Below, in pieces: positions 1 to 9,845 of a DNA stretch of 64,000 nt. A program made the translations under genes and the position numbers. Below the pieces are notes generated by a model that saw only the letters and a list, made by a program, of their open reading frames with translations, did not search any database and was not told the DNA's origin. The stretch comes from an uncultured bacterium (GTDB lineage: Bacteria; Methylomirabilota; Methylomirabilia; Methylomirabilales; CSP1-5). The stretch lies in the NCBI GenBank assembly GCA_964348275.1, contig CAYGBT010000003.1, positions 10,819 through 74,818 of the forward strand, in the 5' to 3' direction. The stretch's first letter is position 1; each line of letters opens with the position of its first letter.

Positions 1-1
1 C

Positions 2-1153
2 TTGATCTGCAACATCCTGGACCCGATCACCCGAGAGCAGTACACTCGGGACCCCCGCAGTGTCGCCCAGAAGTCCGAGGCGTACCTCAGGGCGACCGGC
101 ATTGCCGATACGGCCTATTTCGGACCGGAGGCGGAGTTCTTCATCTTTGATGACGTACGGTTCGACTTTCAGCCGAATTGTGGGTACTACTATTTGGACT
201 CTATCGAGGGGCAGTGGAACATGGGGAAGGCGGAAAACCCCAACCTCGGGTACAAGTCCCGGTATAAGGAGGGGTACTTTCCGGTCTCCCCGACCGACCA
301 CTACATGGATCTCCGAACCGAAATGGTGCTCACGTTGGAGCAGCTCGGGATCAAGGTCGAGGCCCAACATCACGAGGTCGCCACAGGAGGGCAGGCAGAG
401 ATCGACATGCGCTTTGGCCCCCTCACCACGATGGCGGACAACCTCATGATGTACAAGTATGTGATCAAGAACGTGGCCTGGAAGCACGGGAAGACCGTCA
501 CCTTTATGCCAAAGCCGCTCTTCGGCGACAACGGATCCGGCATGCACACCCACCAGAGCCTCTGGAAAGGCGGTCAGCCCCTCTTTGCTGGCCATGGATA
601 CGCCGGGCTGTCAGACCTGGCGCTCTACTATATCGGGGGGATCCTTCACCACGCGGCAGCGTTGTGCGCGTTCGTAGCGCCGACCACCAATTCCTACAAG
701 CGGCTGGTGCCGGGCTACGAGGCACCCGTCAATTTGGCGTACTCCAGCCGAAACCGGTCGGCGGGTGTGCGGATCCCGATGTACAGCCCGAGCCCCAAGG
801 CGAAGCGGATCGAGGTTCGCTTCCCCGACAACACCTGTAATGGCTACCTCGCCTTCGCTGCGATGCTTATGGCCGGACTCGATGGGATCCAGAACAAAAT
901 CGATCCCGGATCCCCCCTTGACAAGGACATCTACGAGTTGCCGCCGGAGGAGCTTGCGGGGGTTCCTGCCGTCCCCGCCTCCTTGGGCGAGGCGCTCGAT
1001 GCCCTCGAGCAGGATCACGAATTCCTTTTGAAAGGGGACGTGTTCACCGAGGACGTGATCCAAACCTGGCTGTGGTACAAGCGGACGAAGGAGGTGGACC
1101 CAGTTCGACTGCGGCCGCATCCCTACGAATTCGTCCTGTACTTCGATCTATAG
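2..1153 (+). CDS. glnA: Glutamine synthetase type I, C-terminal 383 aa (5' end outside window)
   Basis: ORF open to the window edge; GS-I blocks [36 protein letters not shown] and adenylylation-loop context [10 protein letters not shown]. Confidence 0.95.
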   Translation: MICNILDPITREQYTRDPRSVAQKSEAYLRATGIADTAYFGPEAEFFIFDDVRFDFQPNCGYYYLDSIEGQWNMGKAENPNLGYKSRYKEGYFPVSPTDHYMDLRTEMVLTLEQLGIKVEAQHHEVATGGQAEIDMRFGPLTTMADNLMMYKYVIKNVAWKHGKTVTFMPKPLFGDNGSGMHTHQSLWKGGQPLFAGHGYAGLSDLALYYIGGILHHAAALCAFVAPTTNSYKRLVPGYEAPVNLAYSSRNRSAGVRIPMYSPSPKAKRIEVRFPDNTCNGYLAFAAMLMAGLDGIQNKIDPGSPLDKDIYELPPEELAGVPAVPASLGEALDALEQDHEFLLKGDVFTEDVIQTWLWYKRTKEVDPVRLRPHPYEFVLYFDL

Positions 1154-1172
1154 CTCGTTGCCGTTTGGAGGC

Positions 1173-1205
1173 AGGGCCCCGCGTGATCGCGGGGCCCTTC
1201 TTATT
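1173..1205 (+). terminator. Rho-independent terminator after glnA
   Basis: Perfect GC-rich hairpin AGGGCCCCGCG-tgat-CGCGGGGCCCT followed by TCTTATT about 20 nt after the stop codon. Confidence 0.6.
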
Positions 1206-1237
1206 GATCCCCCCTTGATCCACCTATTGTAGGGAGC

Positions 1238-1909
1238 ATGCGGACGCGGATTCTCGACTTTCGGTTCGGACTCGTGGATCTGGAAGGCGTAATTTTCAAT
1301 CCGGGGCTCCTGTACCGGCGGGAGTTCGGCCGTTTCCTACAAGAACGGGTCGGTATCTCAGCAAAAGAGGCCCTGCGCTTCTACCAAGCCCATGAGGATC
1401 TGCCCTTGGAGGCGAAGTTCACACGCCTCCTCGCGGAGTACGGCCGTGCACCGGAGGAGGCGACTGAGGCGGCCGTCGCATTTCGGGTGACCGTCGCGAC
1501 GTCTAAACCGGTGGTCTCGGAAGGGGCTCGGGAGCTCTTGCAAGCTCTGGTATCTCGAGAGGCACAACTGTTCGCCCTTTCCGAGACTGAGACCCGGATC
1601 GCCGCAGGCACAATGGAAGAGGCCGAGCTCTGGCATCTCTTCGGGCATGTAATTGGCACCGAGCGGGCTCCGCGAGGGCGTGGGCAGATCGCGCTCTGTG
1701 CAGAGGCGGTCGGACTCCCGATGGAGGCCTTTGCCACCCAGAGCTTTGTTCTCACCAGCAACCCTGACGATCTCGCCGCGGCACGGGAACTAGGCTGTTA
1801 TGGTATCGGCATCGCTCATGTCTTTCCCGAAGCTGCCTTGGGGACGCACGGTGCTCAAGAGCTGTACCGGCATGTTGCTCATCTTTCGCTGCGGCTGGGT
1901 CAGGTCTAA
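1238..1909 (+). CDS. HAD-superfamily-like hydrolase (weak assignment)
   Basis: 223-aa ORF with N-terminal motif-I-like GLVDLEGVIF and a C-terminal acidic region as in the haloacid dehalogenase fold; specific family not recognised. Confidence 0.5.
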   Translation: MRTRILDFRFGLVDLEGVIFNPGLLYRREFGRFLQERVGISAKEALRFYQAHEDLPLEAKFTRLLAEYGRAPEEATEAAVAFRVTVATSKPVVSEGARELLQALVSREAQLFALSETETRIAAGTMEEAELWHLFGHVIGTERAPRGRGQIALCAEAVGLPMEAFATQSFVLTSNPDDLAAARELGCYGIGIAHVFPEAALGTHGAQELYRHVAHLSLRLGQV

Positions 1910-2012
1910 CCGGGACCCCTTTACCCCTTCGGGATCTTGCGTGGAGCAGGGTAGAGGATCTCGGCCCTGAGAGGGCCCGGCAAGGTCCAAGACCCTTTTC
2001 GAGTAAGGAGAT

Positions 2013-2654
2013 TCAGGCGATTCGGAGAGACGAGCAAGGCTGGATGGTGAGACCGACGAGAACCTGGATCGAGGGAGGGAAGGGTTCTTTTTTCGTCAGA
2101 AAGCACCGCATGTAGAGGCCGGTCGCTCTTTTGTTCCCTTCAAGGATAGTCCAGGTCTTCCCCTGGGGACGCCCGATCAAGATGAGTCGGGTCTCAACCT
2201 CTGCGACCTTCATCCGTTTTCGGATCTCGAGCACATGGGTTATCACCGCACGGGCCTCTTGGGCCCAACGACTCTTGGCCGTGGCGGGGCCCGTTTCTTT
2301 GGCGACCACGGCCGCCGCCGCTGACAGGCGCCCCGTGTTGCGGGAGAGAAGGGTCCATGTCGGGTAGTTGATGACCCGGAGTGTTCGAAATTCTTTGGGC
2401 GTGATCGTGGCCCGCCACCACTCTATATCTTGGGGAAGGGTTCCCCAGGTATCGCCCCGGTAAAGGGTGAGCACTTTTTGACGCAGATGATTCTCCCAGC
2501 GGCTGCTGAGGGTTGGTTCGTCAATTGCGCGCAGGGGGAGGTGGAGGTCTTTCAGGGCCTTGAGGACCCGGGGTCGAAACCGGGGAGAGAATAGTTCTGC
2601 CTTCAGCCAGCAGGCGGTCACGAAGTCGGAACTCACCTGTTCCAGGAAAATCAT
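2013..2654 (-). CDS. Hypothetical protein (213 aa)
   Basis: Longest ORF in the region with protein-like composition; no motif recognised. Confidence 0.4.
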   Translation of the reverse strand: MIFLEQVSSDFVTACWLKAELFSPRFRPRVLKALKDLHLPLRAIDEPTLSSRWENHLRQKVLTLYRGDTWGTLPQDIEWWRATITPKEFRTLRVINYPTWTLLSRNTGRLSAAAAVVAKETGPATAKSRWAQEARAVITHVLEIRKRMKVAEVETRLILIGRPQGKTWTILEGNKRATGLYMRCFLTKKEPFPPSIQVLVGLTIQPCSSLRIA

Positions 2655-2704
2655 GGGGTGGCTGGAGCCTCAATTCTCCTTGGGCTTCGCTTTGTCAGTC
2701 CCGC

Positions 2705-3421
2705 TCAACGTCCCCGGGGTTTTGTTGGTCGGATCTCGACGCGGGTCGTCATCGTGCGAGAGGGGGATTTGAGGAGGTAGATCACCATGTCAGCGATGTG
2801 CTCGGGAAGGATGGCCCACCCCGATCTCTCCCTCCTCCCGGCGGAAAACCCCGTGTCCACACTTCCAGGCATGATGTGGCTCACCCGGATGTTATCATGG
2901 CGGACCTCTTGGAACAGGGCCTCGCTGAAACCGAGAAGACCGAACTTCGAAGCGTTGTAAGCAGCCATGGTCGGGTGAGCGTTCGCCCCGGCCAGCGATC
3001 CGATGTTGATGATATAGCCACCTCCCCGCGTCCGCATTCTAGGAATGGCCTCGCGGCAACAGTGAAAGACCCCTGTTAAATTCGTTCCGACGACCTCCTG
3101 CCATTCCTCAGGCTTGAGATCACTGACAGCGGCCGTGTGGGAGACCCCGGCGTTGTTCACCAAGATGTCGAGGCCTCCTAGCTCTCGGACGACAAAGTCC
3201 ATGAGCTGCTGAACCTGACGGTGCTCCCGGACATCACAGGCGATCCCTGTCACCTTCCCTTTTCCCCGCTGGCGGCATTCGGATACTGTCCGATCCACGT
3301 CCCGCTGCCGGCGGGAGGAGACGACGACCGAGACCCCCTCTTCGATCAGGGCCTCGGCGATGGCCCGGCCAATTCCTCGCGTACTCCCCGTGACCACCGC
3401 GACCTGCCCCTGCAGCGACAT
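2705..3421 (-). CDS. Short-chain dehydrogenase/reductase (SDR)
   Basis: TGSTRGIG Rossmann motif, NNAG, catalytic YNASK. Start moved to ATG 3421 (MSLQGQVAVVTG) because the upstream part of the 272-aa ORF runs into an intergenic repeat. Confidence 0.85.
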   Translation of the reverse strand: MSLQGQVAVVTGSTRGIGRAIAEALIEEGVSVVVSSRRQRDVDRTVSECRQRGKGKVTGIACDVREHRQVQQLMDFVVRELGGLDILVNNAGVSHTAAVSDLKPEEWQEVVGTNLTGVFHCCREAIPRMRTRGGGYIINIGSLAGANAHPTMAAYNASKFGLLGFSEALFQEVRHDNIRVSHIMPGSVDTGFSAGRRERSGWAILPEHIADMVIYLLKSPSRTMTTRVEIRPTKPRGR

Positions 3422-3500
3422 GCGTTGCACCTCTCGGTGACCGATGACGGCTCGACTGTCTGCGACCCTGAGGCTCAGACCCGAAGGGAGCTCGCCGAAG

Positions 3501-3571
3501 TCCGACGACCGCTGACCGAACAATTTCGAAATTCGAAATTTTGCCTGCCGTGGGCCCTGAACTCTGAACCA
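3501..3571 (+). repeat. Intergenic direct repeat, copy A (TCGAAAT tandem units ... CTGAACTCTGAACCA)
   Basis: TCCGACGACCGCTGACCGAA..CAATTTCGAAATTCGAAATTTTGCC..CCCTGAACTCTGAACCA aligns with copy B at 8114-8197. Confidence 0.65.
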
Positions 3572-3799
3572 CTCGTTACGCGCTAATGGCTCATGTCACT
3601 ATACTGTTTTTTATGGGCTTTGCCAATGGACGAGGACGCATTTTGGCATTTTTCATGCCCGAGTGTGACATTGTGGCACACAAAAATGCTTTGTAAATTG
3701 ATCAGGATCGCCGGAGGGGGCGACTCGAGCGAAGCAGAGCCCATCGCTGCTGTTTGAGGGGAGATCGGTACGGATGTACGAAAGACGGGACCCGAAGCG

Positions 3800-4507
3800 C
3801 TACCTGGGAGGAGGGCTAGATCGGGACGGATCGGATGAGGAGAGCGTCTCACCACCTTGCCGATCGACGACGGCCCCGATCAGGGCTGCCTCTGACGGTC
3901 TGGGGTCGAGGAACTGCACGCCCATCCCCGTCGTGGCGCTTGGCTCCGTCTGCTCCCCACGCGTCCACACTACTCGTGCGAGGACCGAAAAGGTATGGGA
4001 CAGGTTCGGGAGGCTAAATGTCAATGAGACCTGTGAGTGCTGAGGCACCAGGTGTTTGGTTGCAATGAACATCCCGCCGCGACTCAGGTTTAGACACGTC
4101 CCGTGTCCCGCCGTTCCTACCTGCTGAAATGCGACAGGGAACCGGACTGATGCTCGGGCGTGGGACTGCCGTTCCGCGCGATACACCCATTGACGGACTA
4201 GGACTGGATCGACTGGTCGTTCGAAGGCCACTCCATGGGGTACTCTGATCCCAACGGGGGTCGGCATACCTTGGTGAACGGAGACAACGTATGCGCGCAA
4301 TGGATCCCCTTCACCGATTCGGACCAGCACCGGAGTCCTCAGGGGGAGGGCTTCGGGCAAGAGGATTTCGAGTCCACCGGCACTGACGGATCGCGTCTTT
4401 CCGGCGTGCTCTCTTGGACGGGGTTGTCCGGGCGTGGGAGCAGTACACTGGACGGGCAGGTAGGCCTCAAAGCGGGGGTAGCCGCCGACGGTTGTATCGC
4501 GAGCCAT
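3800..4507 (-). CDS. PilZ-domain protein (c-di-GMP receptor type)
   Basis: C-terminal PilZ signature (ERQSHARASVRF ... NLSRGGMFI). Start placed at ATG 4507 (SD GGAGA upstream) because the longer ORF start at 4558 overlaps the sigma-54 promoter. Confidence 0.7.
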   Translation of the reverse strand: MARDTTVGGYPRFEAYLPVQCTAPTPGQPRPREHAGKTRSVSAGGLEILLPEALPLRTPVLVRIGEGDPLRAYVVSVHQGMPTPVGIRVPHGVAFERPVDPVLVRQWVYRAERQSHARASVRFPVAFQQVGTAGHGTCLNLSRGGMFIATKHLVPQHSQVSLTFSLPNLSHTFSVLARVVWTRGEQTEPSATTGMGVQFLDPRPSEAALIGAVVDRQGGETLSSSDPSRSSPPPR

Positions 4508-4542
4508 CCTGTGTCTCCTACAGCATTTATAACAACCATGTC

Positions 4543-4558
4543 GCAAGGATCGTGCCAA
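4543..4558 (-). promoter_or_regulatory. Sigma-54 (-24/-12) promoter for the PilZ gene
   Basis: Minus-strand TTGGCACGATCCTTGCGA = TGGCACG-N4-TTGC with canonical GG-N10-GC spacing, about 35 nt upstream of ATG 4507. Confidence 0.65.
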
Positions 4559-4602
4559 TCAACCCTTTCCTTTACAATTGGTGGGAAGTGTGTTAGGCAT
4601 AA

Positions 4603-4968
<366 letters not shown>

Positions 4969-4972
4969 GGGC

Positions 4973-7900
4973 ATGACTGCCTTGCCTCCGAGCTTTCTCC
5001 TATCCGATTTTCCCACCCTCCCCGAACGCCTCAGGCAGATTGGCTGTACCGATGTTGCCAAGGCTACGAAAAACCTTGAGGCCCTGGCCCAACCGCCGCT
5101 CTATCGAGTGACATTTCTCCGCCTCCTCCCTGCTCTCCTGGAAGTGCTGGCGAATATCCCTGATCCCGATATGGCCCTGAATAACCTCGAGCGTTTCTCC
5201 GATGTGGTAATCGACCGGGGCTTTCTCTTCGACCTCCTTCGTGATCGTCGCAAGAGTCTCGATCTGGTTCTGACCATTTTTGGCAGTTCCCAGTACCTTT
5301 CCGATGTGCTAATTCGTTACCCGCAGCTTTTTGAATGGCTCCTCGAGCCGGGGGTGCTCAGGTGGCCCGTGCTCAAGGCTGAGCTTGCCCGGGAACTTGC
5401 GGCGATGACCGATCGGCTGGCGAGCGTGGAGCGAAAATGGGAGGCCCTTCGACGCTTCAAGACGCGGGAGATCCTCCGGATCAGTCTTCAGGATCTGCTC
5501 GGGAATCAAGATCTCACCGGTATCACCCAGGAACTGTCCCGCCTAGCGGAGGTGACCCTTCAAAAGGCATACGAGATCTCCCGTGAGGAGATGAACCGGC
5601 GGTTCGGGATACCGCAGGTCCTCGGGCCGACGGGTGATGCGCGTGAATGCGGCTTCTGCATTTTGGGGATGGGGAAGCTCGGGGGGGAGGAACTCAACTA
5701 TAGCTCGGACATCGACATCCTCTTTGTGTATGAGGCCGAGGGTGAGACGACAGGAGTGCCGGGCCCGGGCCGCATCCAAGAAGGGAAGATCTCCAATCAT
5801 CAGTACTTCGCCAAGTTGGCCGAGATGATCGTGAAGGCCATCGGGAGTGTCACGCGGGATGGCTCTGTCTTTCGCGTGGATACCCGTCTCCGCCCTGGTG
5901 GGCGCCAAGGGGATCTGTGTCTTTCCCTGCGGAGCTACGAGATCTATTACGAATCGTGGGGGCAGACGTGGGAGCGGCAGGCCTTGATCAAGGCCCGTTC
6001 GGTGGCGGGAGACGGGGGGCTGGGCCGAAGATTTCTCGAGATGATTGTCCCCTTCAGTTATCGAAAGTACGTGGATCAGACGGCGGTTCAGGAAGTCCGG
6101 GCCATGAAGGAGCGAATCGAGCAGAGTCTCCGGCAGGACCGGAAGCTCCACCGGGACGTGAAGCGGGGCTTTGGGGGTATCCGGGAGATCGAATTCATCG
6201 TACAAGCCTTCCAGCTCTTACACGGAGGGCGGGATCCCTGGATCCGTGGAGCGAATACGGTGAGGGCCTTGCACCGGCTGGCGGAGCGGCGCTATCTGTC
6301 CGATGAAGACTGCGCGGCCCTGGTGAAGGCGTACGTCTTTCTCCGGACGGTGGAGCACCGGCTTCAGATTCTCCACAATCTCCAAACGCATACTATTCCC
6401 GAAGATCACCGGCAGCTCTTTCATCTGGCCCGGCGCTCGGGGTATCGCAGCCAGGTGGCAGCCAAGCCGGTAGAGGACTTCTTGAGAGACTACCGGACGC
6501 ACACCCAGGCGGTTCGTCGTGTCTACGATGCCTTCTTTAGGGAAGAGGAGGGGCCAGCCACTCGAGTCGAGCAGGATGAAATTGTTCTTTTCTTCGAGGG
6601 AGCCCTCCCAGCGAGTGACATTCGGGATCGTTTACAGGAGATCGGGTTTGAGGATCTCGAGCGAGCCTATCGCAATTTCCAGCTCCTGCGCGACGGGCCC
6701 CCGTTCGCTCACTACAGCAAGGCGGGGCGGTGGGCGCTGGCTCACGTGGCACCCCATCTCATGAAAGCCCTCCGAGAGGCCCCGGATCCCGATATGGCCC
6801 TCAATCACTTCGAACGGCAGGTGGCGGCAATGGGGGCTCAAGGGGTGTTTCTTTCCATCCTGGCCGAGAAGCCCGAGACCCTGGGCCTCCTCTTTCGGCT
6901 CTTCGGGGTGAGTGACTTCCTTGCCCACACCCTGATTCAGCATCCCGAGCTCATCGATCTCCTCCTGGACCCAGCGAGCTTGAGCCACCGCAAGTTCCAT
7001 CAAGAGATGCTCCGGGAGCTTCAGGAGACCTTGCAGGCGGCACCGGTGGGAAGTGGGAAATTGGATGCCCTGCGCCGGTTCAAGAAGGTCGAGGAACTCC
7101 GGATCGGAATTCGAGACGTCCTGGGCGAGGTGGATCTCACGGACACGCAGGCGGAACTCACTCAGCTCGCAGAAGTATGTCTCACCGGCGCGTTGGGAAT
7201 GGCGTGGGAAGAAGTCGGAGTCCGCTACGGCGTGGCAGAGCAAAAGGGGTTTACCATTCTCGGGCTCGGAAAGCTGGGAGGCGCTGAGATGAATTACAGC
7301 TCCGACCTGGATCTCATCTTTGTCACCGAAGGCGAGATCATCGGGGGAGCCGCTCGCCCGGTCAGCCCCATCGAATTTTTCAGCAAGCTAGCGGACCGGG
7401 TCATGAAGAATTTGACCGTCATTACCCGGGAGGGCTCGGCGTATCGAGTAGACAGCCGGCTCCGGCCGGGGGGGAGCAAGGGGCCTCTCGCACAATCGGT
7501 CGCAGCTTTCGAGGATCATTTCGAACGGTGGGCCGAGATCTGGGAACGACAGGCATACACCAAGGCGAGGGTCGTGGCGGGAGACGAGAGGTTAGGCCGG
7601 AAGATCTGCGGTCTGGTGCAGACATTCGTCTATGAGAAACCGTTCCCTGAAGATCTGGCCCAGCGGATTGATGCCATGCGACACCGGATGGAGGAAGAGC
7701 GCGTCAAGCCGGGCGCGGATCTCCATCTGAAACTGGGCTCGGGCGGAATCGTCGAGGTGGAGTTTATTGTCCAATATCTGCAGCTTCTTCACGGTAGAAA
7801 CCGAAAAGCCGTCCAGGAGCCAAACACACTGTGCGTGTTGGATGCTCTGCACCGGGAGGGAATGCTCTCTGTCGAGGAGTATCAGGGCTTGCGTGAGTCT

Positions 7901-8128
7901 TACCGGTTCCTGCGGATGGTGGAAAACCGGCTGCGGATCGTGGCCGATCTCTCCGTCAATACCGTTCCGAGGGCTCCTGCCAAGCTTGAGAAGCTGGCGC
8001 GGCGCTTGGGATACGCCCGGACAGGGGATGTTCCACTCGGCGAGCGTTTTCTCCAGGATTTCGCGGCTCATACCTCTCGGGTCCACGCGATCTACCACGA
8101 AGTCTTCGGGAACACCGACGACCGATGA
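4973..8128 (+). CDS. glnE: Glutamine synthetase adenylyltransferase / adenylyl-removing enzyme
   Basis: Two nucleotidyltransferase halves, each with G(M/L)GKLGG-E(L/M)NYSSD-D(I/L)-F. Start placed at ATG 4973 (MTALPPSFLL), 4 nt after the glnB stop, rather than the overlapping 4805. Confidence 0.93.
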   Translation: MTALPPSFLLSDFPTLPERLRQIGCTDVAKATKNLEALAQPPLYRVTFLRLLPALLEVLANIPDPDMALNNLERFSDVVIDRGFLFDLLRDRRKSLDLVLTIFGSSQYLSDVLIRYPQLFEWLLEPGVLRWPVLKAELARELAAMTDRLASVERKWEALRRFKTREILRISLQDLLGNQDLTGITQELSRLAEVTLQKAYEISREEMNRRFGIPQVLGPTGDARECGFCILGMGKLGGEELNYSSDIDILFVYEAEGETTGVPGPGRIQEGKISNHQYFAKLAEMIVKAIGSVTRDGSVFRVDTRLRPGGRQGDLCLSLRSYEIYYESWGQTWERQALIKARSVAGDGGLGRRFLEMIVPFSYRKYVDQTAVQEVRAMKERIEQSLRQDRKLHRDVKRGFGGIREIEFIVQAFQLLHGGRDPWIRGANTVRALHRLAERRYLSDEDCAALVKAYVFLRTVEHRLQILHNLQTHTIPEDHRQLFHLARRSGYRSQVAAKPVEDFLRDYRTHTQAVRRVYDAFFREEEGPATRVEQDEIVLFFEGALPASDIRDRLQEIGFEDLERAYRNFQLLRDGPPFAHYSKAGRWALAHVAPHLMKALREAPDPDMALNHFERQVAAMGAQGVFLSILAEKPETLGLLFRLFGVSDFLAHTLIQHPELIDLLLDPASLSHRKFHQEMLRELQETLQAAPVGSGKLDALRRFKKVEELRIGIRDVLGEVDLTDTQAELTQLAEVCLTGALGMAWEEVGVRYGVAEQKGFTILGLGKLGGAEMNYSSDLDLIFVTEGEIIGGAARPVSPIEFFSKLADRVMKNLTVITREGSAYRVDSRLRPGGSKGPLAQSVAAFEDHFERWAEIWERQAYTKARVVAGDERLGRKICGLVQTFVYEKPFPEDLAQRIDAMRHRMEEERVKPGADLHLKLGSGGIVEVEFIVQYLQLLHGRNRKAVQEPNTLCVLDALHREGMLSVEEYQGLRESYRFLRMVENRLRIVADLSVNTVPRAPAKLEKLARRLGYARTGDVPLGERFLQDFAAHTSRVHAIYHEVFGNTDDR

Positions 8129-8197
8129 CCGACGACCAAGCAATGTCGAAATTCGAATGTCGAAATTCGAAATTTTACAGACGCTGAACTCTGAACC
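8114..8197 (+). repeat. Intergenic direct repeat, copy B (overlaps the glnE stop)
   Basis: ACCGACGACCGATGACCGA..GCAATGTCGAAATTCGAATGTCGAAATTCGAAATTTTACAG..CTGAACTCTGAACCA; same order and orientation as copy A. Confidence 0.65.
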
Positions 8198-8219
8198 ATG
8201 AACCCGAAAGGAGGACGTT

Positions 8220-8876
8220 ATGCTGAATTATGAGGGGATCGAGATTACATGGTTGGGGCATGATAGCTTTCGCATCACGAAGGGGAAAGTCATCTATGTT
8301 GACCCCTACCAACTTTCCGGATCACCAGCCAAGGCTGACCTGATCCTCATCACCCACGACCACTTTGATCACCTGAGTGCGGACGACGTGAAAAAGGTGA
8401 TTGGTCCGCAGACCGTGGTGGTTGCCCCTCCGGCGTGCCAGGGACAGCTCAAGGGCCTGTCGGTGAAAGAGGTTCGGAGTCTGGAGGCGGGTCAGAAGAC
8501 GGAACTGGATGCAATCGAGGTCGAGGCGGTCCCGGCATATAACGTGGACAAGTTTCGCTCTCCCGGAAATCCTTTTCACCCCAAGGGGACGGGCGTGGGC
8601 TATATCGTGACCATCGACGGGAAGCGGATCTACCATACGGGGGATACTGATCCGATTCCGGAGATGGCCGCGGCGAAAGGGGTCGATGTGGCCCTTGTGC
8701 CGGTGAGCGGGACATACGTCATGACCGCTCAGGAGGCGGTGGAGGCGGCCAAGGTCATCCAGCCCAAGGTCGCTATCCCGATGCACTTCGGGGCCATCGT
8801 TGGCTCGAAAGCCGACGCCGAGGCCTTCCAAAAGTCCGCCCCGTGCCGAGTCGAAATTCTCGAAGAAGAGAGCTGA
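8220..8876 (+). CDS. Metallo-beta-lactamase-fold hydrolase (UPF0173-like)
   Basis: SD AAAGGAGG before the ATG; HxHxDH-type motif LITHDHFDHL; later His/Asp ligand positions (YHTGDT, IPMHFG). Confidence 0.8.
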   Translation: MLNYEGIEITWLGHDSFRITKGKVIYVDPYQLSGSPAKADLILITHDHFDHLSADDVKKVIGPQTVVVAPPACQGQLKGLSVKEVRSLEAGQKTELDAIEVEAVPAYNVDKFRSPGNPFHPKGTGVGYIVTIDGKRIYHTGDTDPIPEMAAAKGVDVALVPVSGTYVMTAQEAVEAAKVIQPKVAIPMHFGAIVGSKADAEAFQKSAPCRVEILEEES

Positions 8877-8960
8877 GGGCCCGACCAAGCTGAGCCGCAA
8901 CAACCTCCCCCGTTCCACCCGTATCGTCGAGATTTAGTACCGGGCGGTCTCATCGGTTCG

Positions 8961-9845
8961 GTGGCAGTCTCCCCGGATTTGACTCCTGGCTCCTTAGTGA
9001 AAGTGCTGGAATGGCATATCCACACTCCCTATAGGACGGCCATGCTGCATTTTTGCATGAAAAGTTTGGCAGACGTAGGAAGCTTTGCGCGAGAGCAGTG
9101 CCGAGGACTTCAATATTTGGCGGCAGTCCTGGGGACCGTGCTCCTCGTGGGAATACAGCCGGGTCATTGGCGTCGGACCGTACGGCAAGTCTTTGCAAGG
9201 CAAGTTTTCTTAACCGGCGTCAAGTCGCTTCGCTTCATTTTTGCTGTTGCCATTTTGGTCGGTATCCTGGTCGTGGTGCAGATCCAATTGTGGGTTGGGA
9301 AGGTTGGCCATACCCAACTCCTGGGCCCCTTACTCGTGGTGGTTGTGGCGCGCGAATTGGGACCGTTGTTTGCCAATTTCGTCGCAATCGTGAACGGGGG
9401 AAGCACCATGACCACCGAATTGGGGATCATGAAATTCTCCGGAGAAGTACGCGCGCTCGAAGCACAGGGCATTGACCCATTCGTGTTCCTGGTGATGCCG
9501 CGGGTGATGGCAATGGCGGTGTCGGCATTGTGTTTGACCGTGTTTTTCATTGTGGGGGCATTTGGCAGTGGGTACGCGTTCGGGGCATTGATGGGGATCA
9601 CCCACCTTGATCTCACGAGCTTCCTGGCGAGCGTTTTCAAGTCCATTCGTCCGGTCGATGTCGTGAACATCTTGACCAAAAGCATACTGCCCGCGATGGT
9701 GACCAGCGCCATCTGCTCGACGGAAGGACTAGGCGTGGTGGCCACCCTCACCGATGTGCCACTGGCTACGAAGCGTTCGCTGGGTCGTTCCCTGTTAGCC
9801 CTGTTTGTAATTACTGCTGTGATCTCGCTCTTGACCTACTGGTGA
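8961..9845 (+). CDS. MlaE-type ABC transporter permease (start uncertain; ATG 9042 or 9057 also possible)
   Basis: Multi-TM protein with MlaE-like core VVARELGPLFANFVAIVNGGSTMTTELGIMKFSGEVRALEAQGIDP; 4-nt overlap with the next gene. Confidence 0.8.
   Translation: MAVSPDLTPGSLVKVLEWHIHTPYRTAMLHFCMKSLADVGSFAREQCRGLQYLAAVLGTVLLVGIQPGHWRRTVRQVFARQVFLTGVKSLRFIFAVAILVGILVVVQIQLWVGKVGHTQLLGPLLVVVVARELGPLFANFVAIVNGGSTMTTELGIMKFSGEVRALEAQGIDPFVFLVMPRVMAMAVSALCLTVFFIVGAFGSGYAFGALMGITHLDLTSFLASVFKSIRPVDVVNILTKSILPAMVTSAICSTEGLGVVATLTDVPLATKRSLGRSLLALFVITAVISLLTYW

Noticed and set aside
1201-1225. TTGATCC direct repeat (ATTGATCCCCCCTTGATCCACC) and TTGATCAGGATCGC (3706-3719), as FNR/CRP boxes
   Set aside because: Neither forms the TTGAT-N4-ATCAA palindrome. 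The right half-sites match at most 3 of 5 positions.
3644-3690. Two sigma-54-like strings: TGGCATttttcATGC (3644-3658) and TGGCACacaaaaATGC (3674-3689)
   Set aside because: The second has GG-N11-GC spacing, which is off by one. The first is simply an inverted repeat (GGCAT..ATGCC) that matches on both strands, has a weak -12 element and has no suitably placed gene on the plus strand. Kept only as a possible hairpin or operator.
3583-3855. A 90-aa minus-strand ORF spanning the PilZ stop region and the AT-rich intergenic DNA
   Set aside because: It overlaps the PilZ 3' end out of frame, has no SD for the internal ATG (3744), and covers a region that looks regulatory (palindromes and an A/T-rich tract).
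8146-8176. Tandem TCGAAAT(T/G) units, as a possible mini-CRISPR or microsatellite
   Set aside because: There are only 2-3 short units without spacers. They are part of the larger direct repeat shared with 3501-3571. No cas genes or regular repeat-spacer array occur anywhere in the window.
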